A stretch of 64,000 nt of DNA. Source: Candidatus Micrarchaeia archaeon (GTDB taxonomy: Archaea > Micrarchaeota > Micrarchaeia > CABMEP01). Numbering within the stretch: the first letter of the stretch is position 1; every line of letters starts with the position of its first letter. The DNA lies in NCBI GenBank assembly GCA_038886535.1, contig JAVZXS010000001.1, forward strand, positions 214,259 through 278,258. The letters run 5' to 3'. Both the position numbers and the translations under genes were made by a program. This document shows positions 40,279-50,300 of the stretch, piece after piece. The notes beneath the pieces are model-generated. The model made no database searches and was not told where the DNA came from. It saw only the letters and a list, made by a program, of their open reading frames with translations.

Positions 40279-41721
40279 TTGAAATTAAATTTTATTGAAC
40301 CTGTAATTCCATTTCTTCCAGAAGTTAAAAATCCAGATCGTCCATTAGGCTTGAATGAAAAGATATTCTGGACACTTATCGTACTTATTCTGTATTTCAC
40401 CATGTATCATATTGTTCCTTTTGCAGGAGAGCTGAAAGGAGGAACTTCCCTTGAATTCATTCAAACTGTTCTTGCAAGTAAAACAGGAACGTTATTGACA
40501 ATCGGTATTGGTCCAATAATTCTTGCATCAATCTTTTTGCAGCTTTTTGCAGGAGCAAAGCTTATCGAGTTTGATCCGCATGATCCTGCTGATAAGAGAA
40601 GATTTAGTGCAACCCAGAAGGTTCTTGCAATAGTTCTTTCAATAGTGGAGGCAGCATTGTTTGTAATCCCTGGAGTTTACGTTGGCCCAGATCCAAACTT
40701 CCCATCTGCATCTCTTGCAATAGGATTGATAATTACTCAGATAGCATTTACATCCATACTTTTGATATTCCTAGATGAAGTAGTTTCAAGATATGGAATT
40801 GGCTCTGGAATTTCATTATTCATCGCAGCAGGAGTTTCATTGGCAGTTGTGCAAGGTAGCATCTCATTAATCTTTGGAGGCCATGGAATAGATCCTACAC
40901 AGACAGTTCTTGGAAGATTGGCTGTTGGAGGTTCAGGTGCAATCCCATCTGCACTCATAGCATTATTGCCGATCATATTTATGTTTGTTATAGTAGGTCT
41001 TTCAATATATGCAGAGGGTGTGAAAGTTGAAATTCCTTTGACATTTAGAGGATTTGGAACACGCTTCCCAGTGAAGTTTCTTTACGTTTCAGTTCTTCCA
41101 GTCATTCTTACATCAGCATTGCTAATGAATATTCAGCTTTTGTCAAGAGCTTTGCTTTACAACCACAGCTTTATGATAGGTGAGACAGATATAATACCTT
41201 ACATCGGATTGGTAGATGCAAATGGACAGTTGAGAGATGGAATTCTTTACATGATTTCACCCATAACAAACCCATTGTATGTTGGTTCTTATGAAGGTTA
41301 TATAGCAACAATTTCAGGTTCAACTCCTTTGTTTGGAATTCCAGAGATAGTGCACATCTTGGTCTATCTTATCGTTTATGTTACATTGTGTGTTATTTTT
41401 GGAAGGTTCTGGATGGAGGCATCAAACATGTCTGCATCCGCTGTTGCAGAGCAGATAACACAAACAGGCCTTTCTATACCTGGCTTTAGATCTGATCCAA
41501 GAATTATTGAGCAGCTTCTTGACAAGTATATAACAACTATTGCAATACTTGGAAGCATGTTCGTAGGTTTCCTTGCAGTGCTTGCAGACCTTACTGGTGC
41601 AATAGGAACTGGAACAGGAATTCTTCTTACAGTTGGAATAATATCAAAGTTCTATGAAGATTTCAAGCAACAGAACCTTCTTGAAATGTATCCGGGAATT
41701 ACAAAATTCTTGAAAGGTTAA
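40279..41721 (+). CDS. secY: preprotein translocase SecY
   Basis: LTIGIGPII, GIGSGISLFIAA, IPGFR, GTGILLTV; TTG start. Confidence 0.97.
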   Translation: MKLNFIEPVIPFLPEVKNPDRPLGLNEKIFWTLIVLILYFTMYHIVPFAGELKGGTSLEFIQTVLASKTGTLLTIGIGPIILASIFLQLFAGAKLIEFDPHDPADKRRFSATQKVLAIVLSIVEAALFVIPGVYVGPDPNFPSASLAIGLIITQIAFTSILLIFLDEVVSRYGIGSGISLFIAAGVSLAVVQGSISLIFGGHGIDPTQTVLGRLAVGGSGAIPSALIALLPIIFMFVIVGLSIYAEGVKVEIPLTFRGFGTRFPVKFLYVSVLPVILTSALLMNIQLLSRALLYNHSFMIGETDIIPYIGLVDANGQLRDGILYMISPITNPLYVGSYEGYIATISGSTPLFGIPEIVHILVYLIVYVTLCVIFGRFWMEASNMSASAVAEQITQTGLSIPGFRSDPRIIEQLLDKYITTIAILGSMFVGFLAVLADLTGAIGTGTGILLTVGIISKFYEDFKQQNLLEMYPGITKFLKG

Positions 41722-41767
41722 TTGCTTTAATGCATTGCAAATCTTCTCTTCATAGACGGTGCAATAA

Positions 41768-42358
41768 ATGATTGTTATAATGGGACTTCCTGGAGTCGGG
41801 AAGTCTACACTTCTCAGGGAGCTCATAAAGAAAAATAAAAAAATTTCAGTACTAAATTATGGAGATATTGTTTTAAGGTTTGCAAAGAATGAATTCAATA
41901 TATCTAATAGGGACGAAATCAACAATCTGCCAGAACCCAAGCATAAAAAAATTCAGAATTTAGCAATATCTGAAATAAATTCTATAGAAAAAAAAGAATC
42001 AAAAATTGGTCGTATTCTTTTTCTCGATACACATGCCGCTCTAAAAAAACCCTCTGGCTTCATGCCTGGATTATCATATAAACTTCTTTCTTCAGTACCT
42101 ATCGATGCATTCATTTTTATAGACGCTCCAACCAATGAGATTCTAGAAAGAAGAGAATTGGATGTTAGCAGAAAACGTCCAACTTTCACTGCCAACGATA
42201 TTAATGCTCTTCGCGAGGTTTCTCTTTCAATGATAAACGTTTATTCTGCAGCAACTGGAAAGCCATATTACATCATTATAAATAGAAAAGGAAAGCTAAA
42301 GGAAAGTGTGATGGAATTGAACAGAATCATATCTAAAATTTATTTGTGGAAACCATAG
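41768..42358 (+). CDS. adkA: archaeal adenylate kinase
   Basis: GLPGVGKST, NYGD, LDTHA, GFMPGL; follows secY. Confidence 0.92.
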   Translation: MIVIMGLPGVGKSTLLRELIKKNKKISVLNYGDIVLRFAKNEFNISNRDEINNLPEPKHKKIQNLAISEINSIEKKESKIGRILFLDTHAALKKPSGFMPGLSYKLLSSVPIDAFIFIDAPTNEILERRELDVSRKRPTFTANDINALREVSLSMINVYSAATGKPYYIIINRKGKLKESVMELNRIISKIYLWKP

Positions 42359-42548
42359 AGTTATATCTTTAAAAAACACATGTATTTACTTTTACTCATT
42401 TCAAAAGATTTTTATATTCTGTTTACATTTATATTATGCTTATAGATTTTATATTCAAGTATATCTACATTCAAATCATTTGATGGTTTAAATCTTATAA
42501 TAATATTAAAGATCTAAGGAAAAAATCTAAGGAAAAAGGTGGATTTAT

Positions 42549-43034
42549 ATGGATATATCAGCTACTATAATAATCTCAATTATAGCCATAGCGTCGTCAT
42601 TTGCAATAACGTATGTTCTTAAAAAATTGAACATTTCAACAAGGATGCAGGAAATACAAAAATTTAACAATGAATTGAATAAAGAGTATTTCAAGGCATT
42701 GGCAAAGAAAGATATGAAAAAGCTTGATGAACTTGAGCCTAAGCTAAAGGAGTCCCAGAAAAATTCCTTCGAGCTTCTCAAGCTTCAATTTATGTCTTTA
42801 GCAATTCTTCTTCCATTTGCGATGCTAGTTCCTCCATTTATCCAATCTTTGTTCTCTAATTTCACAATAACACTTCCATTTCAGATTCCAGTTCCATTTA
42901 GGCCCACCTTATTTAGTGTTACATTTAGAGATACATTCGGTGCCTATGGTTGGTTCTGGCTTTCATTTATTTTCCTTGGAGGTTTCGCCCAGATTTTAGT
43001 AGGTAAACTTAAAGGTAAAGAAAAGAAGAATTGA
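42549..43034 (+). CDS. EMC3/TMCO1 (DUF106, Oxa1 superfamily) membrane protein
   Basis: TM1, coiled coil, TM2, C-terminal GWFW; canonical position after adk. Confidence 0.85.
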   Translation: MDISATIIISIIAIASSFAITYVLKKLNISTRMQEIQKFNNELNKEYFKALAKKDMKKLDELEPKLKESQKNSFELLKLQFMSLAILLPFAMLVPPFIQSLFSNFTITLPFQIPVPFRPTLFSVTFRDTFGAYGWFWLSFIFLGGFAQILVGKLKGKEKKN

Positions 43035-43085
43035 TTTTATCATTTTAATCCATTTCCTAAATCTTTTCTAAATAGAGGAGAGCAT

Positions 43086-43637
43086 ATGGTTGAAATAATA
43101 TGTATAAGTGGATTGGTTGGATCAGGAAAGGATACAGTGGCAGATATTGTTGCGAAAAAGCTAGGTTTCAATCGAGTAAAGCTTTCATTCAAGGATGCAG
43201 CAAAGCAGATGGGAATATCACTTATGGAATACCATGCTTATGTTGAGAAGGACCTTACTATTGATAAAGAATTTGACAAAATGGTTGTGAAGGAAGCAAG
43301 AAAAACAGACTCAGTAATCTCAACATGGTTAGGTCCATGGCTTATACCAGAGGCAAGATTAAGAGTCTGGTTATCTGCTTCTCAAAAGGTAAGAGCTGAA
43401 AGGATTTCTATAAGAGATGGAATGGGACTAAGACAAGCAATGAAGCATATTCAAGAGAGAGACAATCACAATAGAGGAAGATACCTTGCATTGTATGGAA
43501 TAGATATTTTCGTTCATTCAAATTTCGATCTTGAAATAAATACAGAGAATTTTACACCTGAGCAGATCGCAGAGATTGTTGTAGCAGCATATAAGTCAAA
43601 GAAAAATGCTGCAAAACAGGAAAGTAAAAAGAAATAA
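43086..43637 (+). CDS. cmk: archaeal cytidylate kinase
   Basis: ISGLVGSGKDT, RAERI..RD, YGID, DLEINT. Confidence 0.92.
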   Translation: MVEIICISGLVGSGKDTVADIVAKKLGFNRVKLSFKDAAKQMGISLMEYHAYVEKDLTIDKEFDKMVVKEARKTDSVISTWLGPWLIPEARLRVWLSASQKVRAERISIRDGMGLRQAMKHIQERDNHNRGRYLALYGIDIFVHSNFDLEINTENFTPEQIAEIVVAAYKSKKNAAKQESKKK

Positions 43638-43839
43638 ATATATTTTAAAAATTATATAAAAATCACAAAAAATAATGCACAAAATATATATAAAAAAATA
43701 AAATCTTAATATGAAAATAATAATATGTCAATCGAGAAAAAATATATATCAATCGAGATGTAAAATACTAATCTTTTTAAATTTAAACAGTCAATAATTG
43801 TTAGTACTTTTATTCAGTTGGTATGTATTTATATCCAAT

Positions 43840-43988
43840 GGGCCCATAGCTCAGTCTGGATAGAGCGGCAGCCTTCTACGAAACTCTTTTAAGAAAAGAG
43901 TTTCATCGGAGGTTTTTTGATGAAACTTTCTTAAGGAGAAAGTTTCGAAGTAAGCTGAAGGTCGAGGGTTCGAATCCCTCTGGGCCCG
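43840..43988 (+). tRNA. tRNA-Arg(UCU) with 74-nt intron at 37/38 (43879-43952)
   Basis: acceptor GGGCCCA/TGGGCCC; anticodon TCT at 43875-77; BHB with central helix CTTC/GAAG and two 3-nt bulges. Confidence 0.95.
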
Positions 43989-44022
43989 TTTAGTCAATCT
44001 AAATAACATCCGAGGTGGTTTT

Positions 44023-44286
44023 ATGCCTAAGAACGATAAAGAACAGAAAATTTCACAGATAATATCACTTATTGATCTTATGCTCGAAGACGTTAGCGTC
44101 CCAAGAAATGTAAAGAAAGCAATTGAGGATGCAAAAAAGAGATTGACGGAGAAAGGAGATCCTGCAATCAGAGCAGGAGCAGCTATTTATTACATTCAAG
44201 AAATAAGCGAAGATATAAACCTTCCTCAGCATGCAAGAACTCAGGTATGGCAGATTCTTTCTGCATTAGAATCTATTTCTAATTAG
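44023..44286 (+). CDS. UPF0147 family protein
   Basis: DVSVPRNVKK, ISEDINLPQHARTQVW. Confidence 0.92.
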   Translation: MPKNDKEQKISQIISLIDLMLEDVSVPRNVKKAIEDAKKRLTEKGDPAIRAGAAIYYIQEISEDINLPQHARTQVWQILSALESISN

Positions 44287-44374
44287 ATTTTCAATTAGAT
44301 TTTACTTTATAACTCGATCATTTAATATCTATAATTTATTATTTTTAATCTTCATCTTATTTTCTCTACCTTAT

Positions 44375-45715
44375 CTATTTTTTGATCCCAAATTTCATTG
44401 TCTGTACTGTTCCTTTTTCACGGTAATAAGCTATCGTTATTCTTTCTTCTGCTATTTTTTTGCCTGTTTTTTCCTTTTTTCCTTTATTTTCTTCTTCAAT
44501 ATTCAAGATATACTTTGTAAAAATGTCTTCTGGTGCATAAACATAAGGTACATTTGCTGCAGATGCCATTATATTCGCCAGAGATCTTGTGCTTTGCTCA
44601 TTTCCAGTTGAACAGGAGATGAGTGCAATAAAGCTGTTTTTATCTTCTTTATCAATCATGCTTCCTATCTTAGACATAATGTCATAGTCGGTAATATCAA
44701 AAAGAGAGTAAGGTTTATCGTCGTTTCCTAATTTTATTCTTGTCGGCTCTCCATGTCCTGCGATAAAAATACCATTGAAAGAGCCATGTTTCTTGTACAT
44801 TTTTTCGATCATCAGCATTAGTTCAACATCACTACCTGCCTCTACTGCAATAGTCTTGCCATATTTGCTTAATGCATCGTTATGCTTTGAGTCTCCGTAG
44901 AACGCACCGTTGTGATCAGAATAAGAATAAGCGAATATAAAAATTCTCTCTTTTTTCTTTTCCTTTTTAATATTCTCTCTTCCCTCTTTTTCAGTTTCAT
45001 TGCCCATAGCGTTTTTTGCATAGTTATATAGCTGTAAAATGAATCCTGAGGAATGCCGTCCGAAATGTGTTATATTGTATTCCTCCTTTATTAAAGGTAT
45101 TATTTCGGTCATATTATTTCTTAATTCTATGAAATCCTTAATTTCTGAGTTGGATATCAAGTGAATGACTTCTCCTATAGCAAGTGCTTGCTCTTCAGCG
45201 TCTTTGTATTTTTCAGTTAGTTTTTTTACTGCATCAATTGTTTCTTTCTCATTAAGAATCTTCATTATCTCTTTCATTTCCCTCTTGTCCTTTCTTATAC
45301 CAAGCCTTCCTATTCTAAAAACAATTTCATTCAACCCGCATATGCTTTCATAATTAGTAATTATTTTATTCATCTCTTCAGTTTGGATGTAATAAACAGC
45401 TGCCTTTATCTCACTTTTAATTTTATCTTCAGAAAGATTTGCAATTCCACTCAAGAGTTGTGCTTTAATTTTTGAATCAGTGTCTAATTTCTCAATAGTG
45501 TCGATAATCGTAAAAAGCAATTCTTTATCCTTAGTGTTTACTAAAATTTTTGTTAGTTTTATTTGAAATGAAACCCATCTGTCACTTTTTTTCAGAAATT
45601 CTTGTATTTTTCTAATTTCATTTTCATTTGCTTTTATATTTGCTGATTCAAATACTTTCTTTGCTTGTTCTAAATAAATATCTTGTTTTATTGGTTCTAT
45701 TGCCAGCTGAGCCAT
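44375..45715 (-). CDS. hypothetical protein with C-terminal clan-CD (caspase/CHAT/C80-like) protease-type domain
   Basis: hydrophobic strand-GHG (FIAGHG) and strand-SC (ALISCSTG) His-Cys dyad pattern. Confidence 0.6.
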   Translation of the reverse strand: MAQLAIEPIKQDIYLEQAKKVFESANIKANENEIRKIQEFLKKSDRWVSFQIKLTKILVNTKDKELLFTIIDTIEKLDTDSKIKAQLLSGIANLSEDKIKSEIKAAVYYIQTEEMNKIITNYESICGLNEIVFRIGRLGIRKDKREMKEIMKILNEKETIDAVKKLTEKYKDAEEQALAIGEVIHLISNSEIKDFIELRNNMTEIIPLIKEEYNITHFGRHSSGFILQLYNYAKNAMGNETEKEGRENIKKEKKKERIFIFAYSYSDHNGAFYGDSKHNDALSKYGKTIAVEAGSDVELMLMIEKMYKKHGSFNGIFIAGHGEPTRIKLGNDDKPYSLFDITDYDIMSKIGSMIDKEDKNSFIALISCSTGNEQSTRSLANIMASAANVPYVYAPEDIFTKYILNIEEENKGKKEKTGKKIAEERITIAYYREKGTVQTMKFGIKK

Positions 45716-45904
45716 AATATTCTTTATTGTTAAGAGTATATAATCTTTCTTTTTTCTAAACCTAATCGCTAGCTATTTTCTAAAACATAATCACTAGAAG
45801 CGAACTTAGACAAGATATAAAAATACATAGCTGCAATAACATAATATTCTTTTGTGACACTGCGTCTTATGCGCGTGTTTTGATGCGTAAGCATCAGTGA
45901 TTTT

Positions 45905-47392
45905 ATGGAAATTCAGGAAATCAATCGCCTAGTCAGGCAGAAGAACAAGCTTCTGAAGCCTGGTGCGGCAGAGGCATTAAAAGAGCTTAAAGACGATCAA
46001 ATAAGAGAAATAATAGAGAAAATAGCAGCACTTCCTTCTCCTTTTATTTCAGAAACAGACATAAGAGAACTGACCAACCAGATCAAAAAGCCAGATTTTG
46101 TTGAAGTTAAGCGCTCTTCAGATTTTCATCCTACTGCAAAGGAATATGGCCATGAATTCAAAATTTACGAAGACCATGATATAACTGGTAAATCAAAGTG
46201 CAAGGGAGAGCTTGATGATTTCGTAAAATATTTCAATGACAGATACAGGAAAATAAGAGATTTATTTGTATCCAGAACAAATGCGAAATTTCCATTGATT
46301 GATATAGAGAAGTTTGGGGATATGAAGGTTGGAGACACTGTGAGGGTTATAGGTATAGTTTCTTCAAAAACAGTTACAAAAAACAAGCACATAATGCTTC
46401 AGATAGAAGATCCAACCGGCCAATTAGCAGTTCTTGTCCTTAACAATCAGGATAACAAGCAGGTATTTGAAAAAAGCAACAGGATAGTTAACGACGAGAT
46501 TCTAGCATTCGACATTAAGAAAGGAACCAACCTCAATATTCTTGCAGATGTTACCTGGCCTGATCTTCCATTCAAAGAAAAGAAAAAGATAGAAAAGGAG
46601 ATGGCCATCGCATTCATATCAGACATACATGTTGGAAGCTCCCATTTCATGGCAAAGAATTTTGAGAATATGATAAAATGGCTGAATGGTTCAGGCCCAC
46701 ATAAAGAATTGGCAGAAAAAGTTGGGTACTTGCTTCTAGGCGGTGATTTAGTAGATGGGATAGGCATCTACCCAAACCAGGACAAAGAGCTTATTATAAA
46801 AGATGTTTATGAGCAATATAAGGTTCTAAATGAGTTCCTAGAGCTTGTTCCAGACCATATAAAGATAATTGCAATTCCAGGAAATCACGATGCAGTAAGG
46901 CATGCAGAGCCTCAGCCCGCTTTGGGTGAAGATATGATTGCAAAAGATGGAAGAACATATTCAGTTGGAAATCCTGCATTCATGAATATTGAAGGATTGA
47001 AGGTACAAATGTACCATGGCTATACAATGGAATCCTTGGTTCAGGATGTTCAAGGATTATCGCTTGCAAGACCTGAAGAGATTGCAATAGAGCTTTTAAA
47101 GACAAGAAGTATGTCTCCAATATTTGATAAGAGCATGATTGTCCCAGAACATAAGGATTATATGTTCATAGAAGAGATAGATATGTTTCTTACAGGACAC
47201 ATTCATAAGATAGGATATGGAGAATACAGGGGTTGTGTGATAATGAATGGAGGAACATGGATTGACAAGACAACTGCATGGCAGTTAAGAAGAGGTTTCA
47301 GCCCAACTCCTGCAATAATGGGAATTTACGACATGCATAACGCAAGAGTTTCGCATGTTGATTTCTCAACAAGTGAAGTTGCATTTGAGTGA
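45905..47392 (+). CDS. polB: DNA polymerase D small subunit DP1
   Basis: SDIHVGS, GDLVDGIGIYP, PGNHD, YHG, GHIH phosphoesterase motifs. Confidence 0.96.
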   Translation: MEIQEINRLVRQKNKLLKPGAAEALKELKDDQIREIIEKIAALPSPFISETDIRELTNQIKKPDFVEVKRSSDFHPTAKEYGHEFKIYEDHDITGKSKCKGELDDFVKYFNDRYRKIRDLFVSRTNAKFPLIDIEKFGDMKVGDTVRVIGIVSSKTVTKNKHIMLQIEDPTGQLAVLVLNNQDNKQVFEKSNRIVNDEILAFDIKKGTNLNILADVTWPDLPFKEKKKIEKEMAIAFISDIHVGSSHFMAKNFENMIKWLNGSGPHKELAEKVGYLLLGGDLVDGIGIYPNQDKELIIKDVYEQYKVLNEFLELVPDHIKIIAIPGNHDAVRHAEPQPALGEDMIAKDGRTYSVGNPAFMNIEGLKVQMYHGYTMESLVQDVQGLSLARPEEIAIELLKTRSMSPIFDKSMIVPEHKDYMFIEEIDMFLTGHIHKIGYGEYRGCVIMNGGTWIDKTTAWQLRRGFSPTPAIMGIYDMHNARVSHVDFSTSEVAFE

Positions 47393-47396
47393 TAAT

Positions 47397-50300
47397 ATGA
47401 TTAATTCTGCAGACGAATACATGAAGTTACAAATTTCAAAAATCTACGAGATTGCAACAGAGGCAAGGAAAAAAGGCATAGACCCTTTAGATTCAGTTGA
47501 GATAGTGCCAGCCCCGGATCTTGCAGCTAGAGTGGAGGGAATTGTAGGTCCAAAAGGAATCGCAGAATATATACGTTCATTACCGCATGACAAATCAAGA
47601 ACACAGATTGCATTTATGGCAGCTGAGGCAGTAATAGAAGGAAAGTTTGGGGATTTTGGTGGAAGAGAGAAGCTTATAGAGCAGGCATTAAGGACAGGAA
47701 CAGCAGTTCTTACAGAAGGAGTTCTAGTCGCTCCTACGGAAGGAATTTCAAGCGTTAAGATACATCAGAATCAGGACGGCACAGAATATCTTGCTGTTTA
47801 TTATTCAGGTCCAATAAGATCTGCAGGAGGAACCGCAGCAGCTCTTAGCGTTCTCTTGGCAGACTTTCTTAGAAGAAAGATTGGCCTTGCAGAATGGAGA
47901 CCTACAGACACTGCTGTTGAACGATATCTTGAAGAGATGGAACTTTATGATGCAAGAGCAGCAAGATTGCAATATAAGCCTTCAGATGATGAGTTTAGGC
48001 ACATAGTAAGAAATTGTCCTGTATGTGTAACAGGAGATCCAACTGAGGATTTTGAAGTGGGTGCATATAGAAATGTGCCTGGAATAGAGACGAATAGGGT
48101 AAGGGGAGGAATGGCCCTTGTCCTTTGTGAAGGAATCGCACAAAAAGCAGCAAAGGTTCTTGGCCAGGCAAAGAAGCTTGGAATAGATTGGAGCTGGCTT
48201 GAATCAGTTATAAAGGCGCCAAAGGCAAAGGAGGCAAAGGTTACAAAGATTGAGCCAAATCCAAAATACATAGAAGAGGTCGTAGCAGGCAGACCGGTAA
48301 TTGCATATCCATCAAGATTCGGAGGATTCAGATTAAGGTATGGGAGAACAAGACTTAGCGGATTAATGGCAAAGGGAATACATCCTGCTACAATGATAAT
48401 ACTTGATTCATTTCCAGCGATAGGAACTCAATTCAAGCTTGAAAGACCTGGAAAGGGATGCGTTCTCACTCCTTGCGAGACAATTGAACCACCAGTTGTT
48501 AGACTTAAGGATGGTTCAGTTGTTAGAGTCGAATCCAGAGAGCATGCAGAAAAGATAAAGGACAATGTACATACAGTTCTTTTCATTGGAGACATTCTTG
48601 TTTCATACGGAGATTTCCTTAAATCAAATTCACCTCTGCTCCCAGCAGGATATAATGAGGAATGGTGGCTTGAGGAATTGAGAGATGCAATCGAATTGAA
48701 ACAAGAACTGAAGAATATTTATTCTAATATAGATCCATATAAGGTTGATTTTGATACTGCTCTAAAGATCTCAAAGGAGACAGGCATTCCTTTGCATCCA
48801 AAATTTACGTTCTTCTGGTCTAATATATCAAATGATGAAGTTAAGGAATTGATACACTGGCTTTCTTCAGGAGAATGGAAATCAGACTTATTAAATCCTC
48901 TGAATCCAAAAGAGCTTAGAGTAGTATATGATCCTGCAAAGAGTATACTTGAAAAACTTCTAGTTCCTCATAGGGTAGAAAGAGATCAGATAATAATAGA
49001 AGGAGACAATGCAAAATCAATCTTCATTTCTTTAGGTTTACATCCAGGACAAAAACCAGATAAATCATTAGTAAATTCTATTCTGAAAAGGATAGATGAT
49101 TATTGCTTGAAACTGCAACCAGATGAAGAAAAGGGAATTGGATCAGTTGATCTGGTTTCAATTCTTTCAGGAATAAAAATTAGAGACAAGGCAGGTACTT
49201 GGATAGGAAGTAGAATGGGAAGGCCTGAAAAATCAAGAGAGCGACATATGAAACCCGCTGTTCATTCTTTGTTTCCAATCGGAAATGCAGGTGGCAAGAC
49301 CCGTAACATAATTAAGGCATATAAAGATGCAAAGGCAAGGAAGCTAAAATATGATGTCACAGTAGAAATAGCAAGAATGCGATGTCCATACTGTGGTGGT
49401 TTGTCGTTTTCAAGAAAATGTCAAAGATGTGGAAAGCAGACAAAGCCAGAGAGAATATGCAGCAAATGTGGCAAACCATCGGCAACAGAATTTCACATAT
49501 GCTCTACAGTACAGACAAAGCCAGGAAAAGAGATAAAATCCAAGACAGTTTTCTATGATTCAAGACCAATAAATATAGTTGAGATTGTGGAAGAGGCAGC
49601 AGCTAAAACAAAAGTACTTCCAGAAGAAGTAAAATGCGTGAACGGATTGGTAAGTGAATTGAAGATTCCAGAGCCTTTAGAAAAAGGAATATTAAGAGCA
49701 GTCCATGATGTTTCTGTTTTCAAGGATGGAACATGTAGATTTGATGCAACAAATGTTCCAGTTACTCACTTTTATCCACGCGAAATCGGAACTCCAATTT
49801 CAAAGCTTAGAGAACTTGGATATACAAAAGATGCATATGGAAATGAACTAAAGAGTGAGGATCAGCTTGTTGAACTTCTTCCACATGATATGATAGTATC
49901 AGAGAGATGCCTTAAATACATGGCAAGGGTTGCAAGATTTGTAGATGATGAACTCGTCAAGATCTACGGACTTCCTCCATATTATAATTTAAAGGAAGAC
50001 AGAGACATAATAGGTCATTTGGTTATAGAGCTTTCTCCGCACACCTCCTGTGGTATTGCCAGCAGAATAATAGGAACAACAAAAGCACATGTCTGCTATG
50101 CACATCCATATTTATTTGCAGCAAGTCGTCGAGATGCGGATGGAGATGAAAATGCAATAATGCTTCTTATGGATGGATTGCTAAACTTTTCAAAGCATTA
50201 CCTCCCAGTAACAAGAGGGGGCCAGATGGATGCACCGATTGTTCTGATGACTCATATTGATCCTTCAGAGGTTGACGACCAGGTACATGCATTGGAAGTA

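Noticed and set aside
42512..42538. short tandem duplications (TCTAAGGAAAAA twice; also TCAATCGAGA twice near 43728-43760 and AGTAGTAAA near 56490-56520)
   Set aside because: Short, AT-rich and two copies only; consistent with slippage
43880..43946. CRISPR mini-array in the tRNA intron
   Set aside because: Only two non-identical repeats, a 17-nt spacer and no cas genes
43989..45715. integrated element at the tRNA-Arg 3' end
   Set aside because: No integrase and no duplicated tRNA 3' end seen; the next gene is core UPF0147
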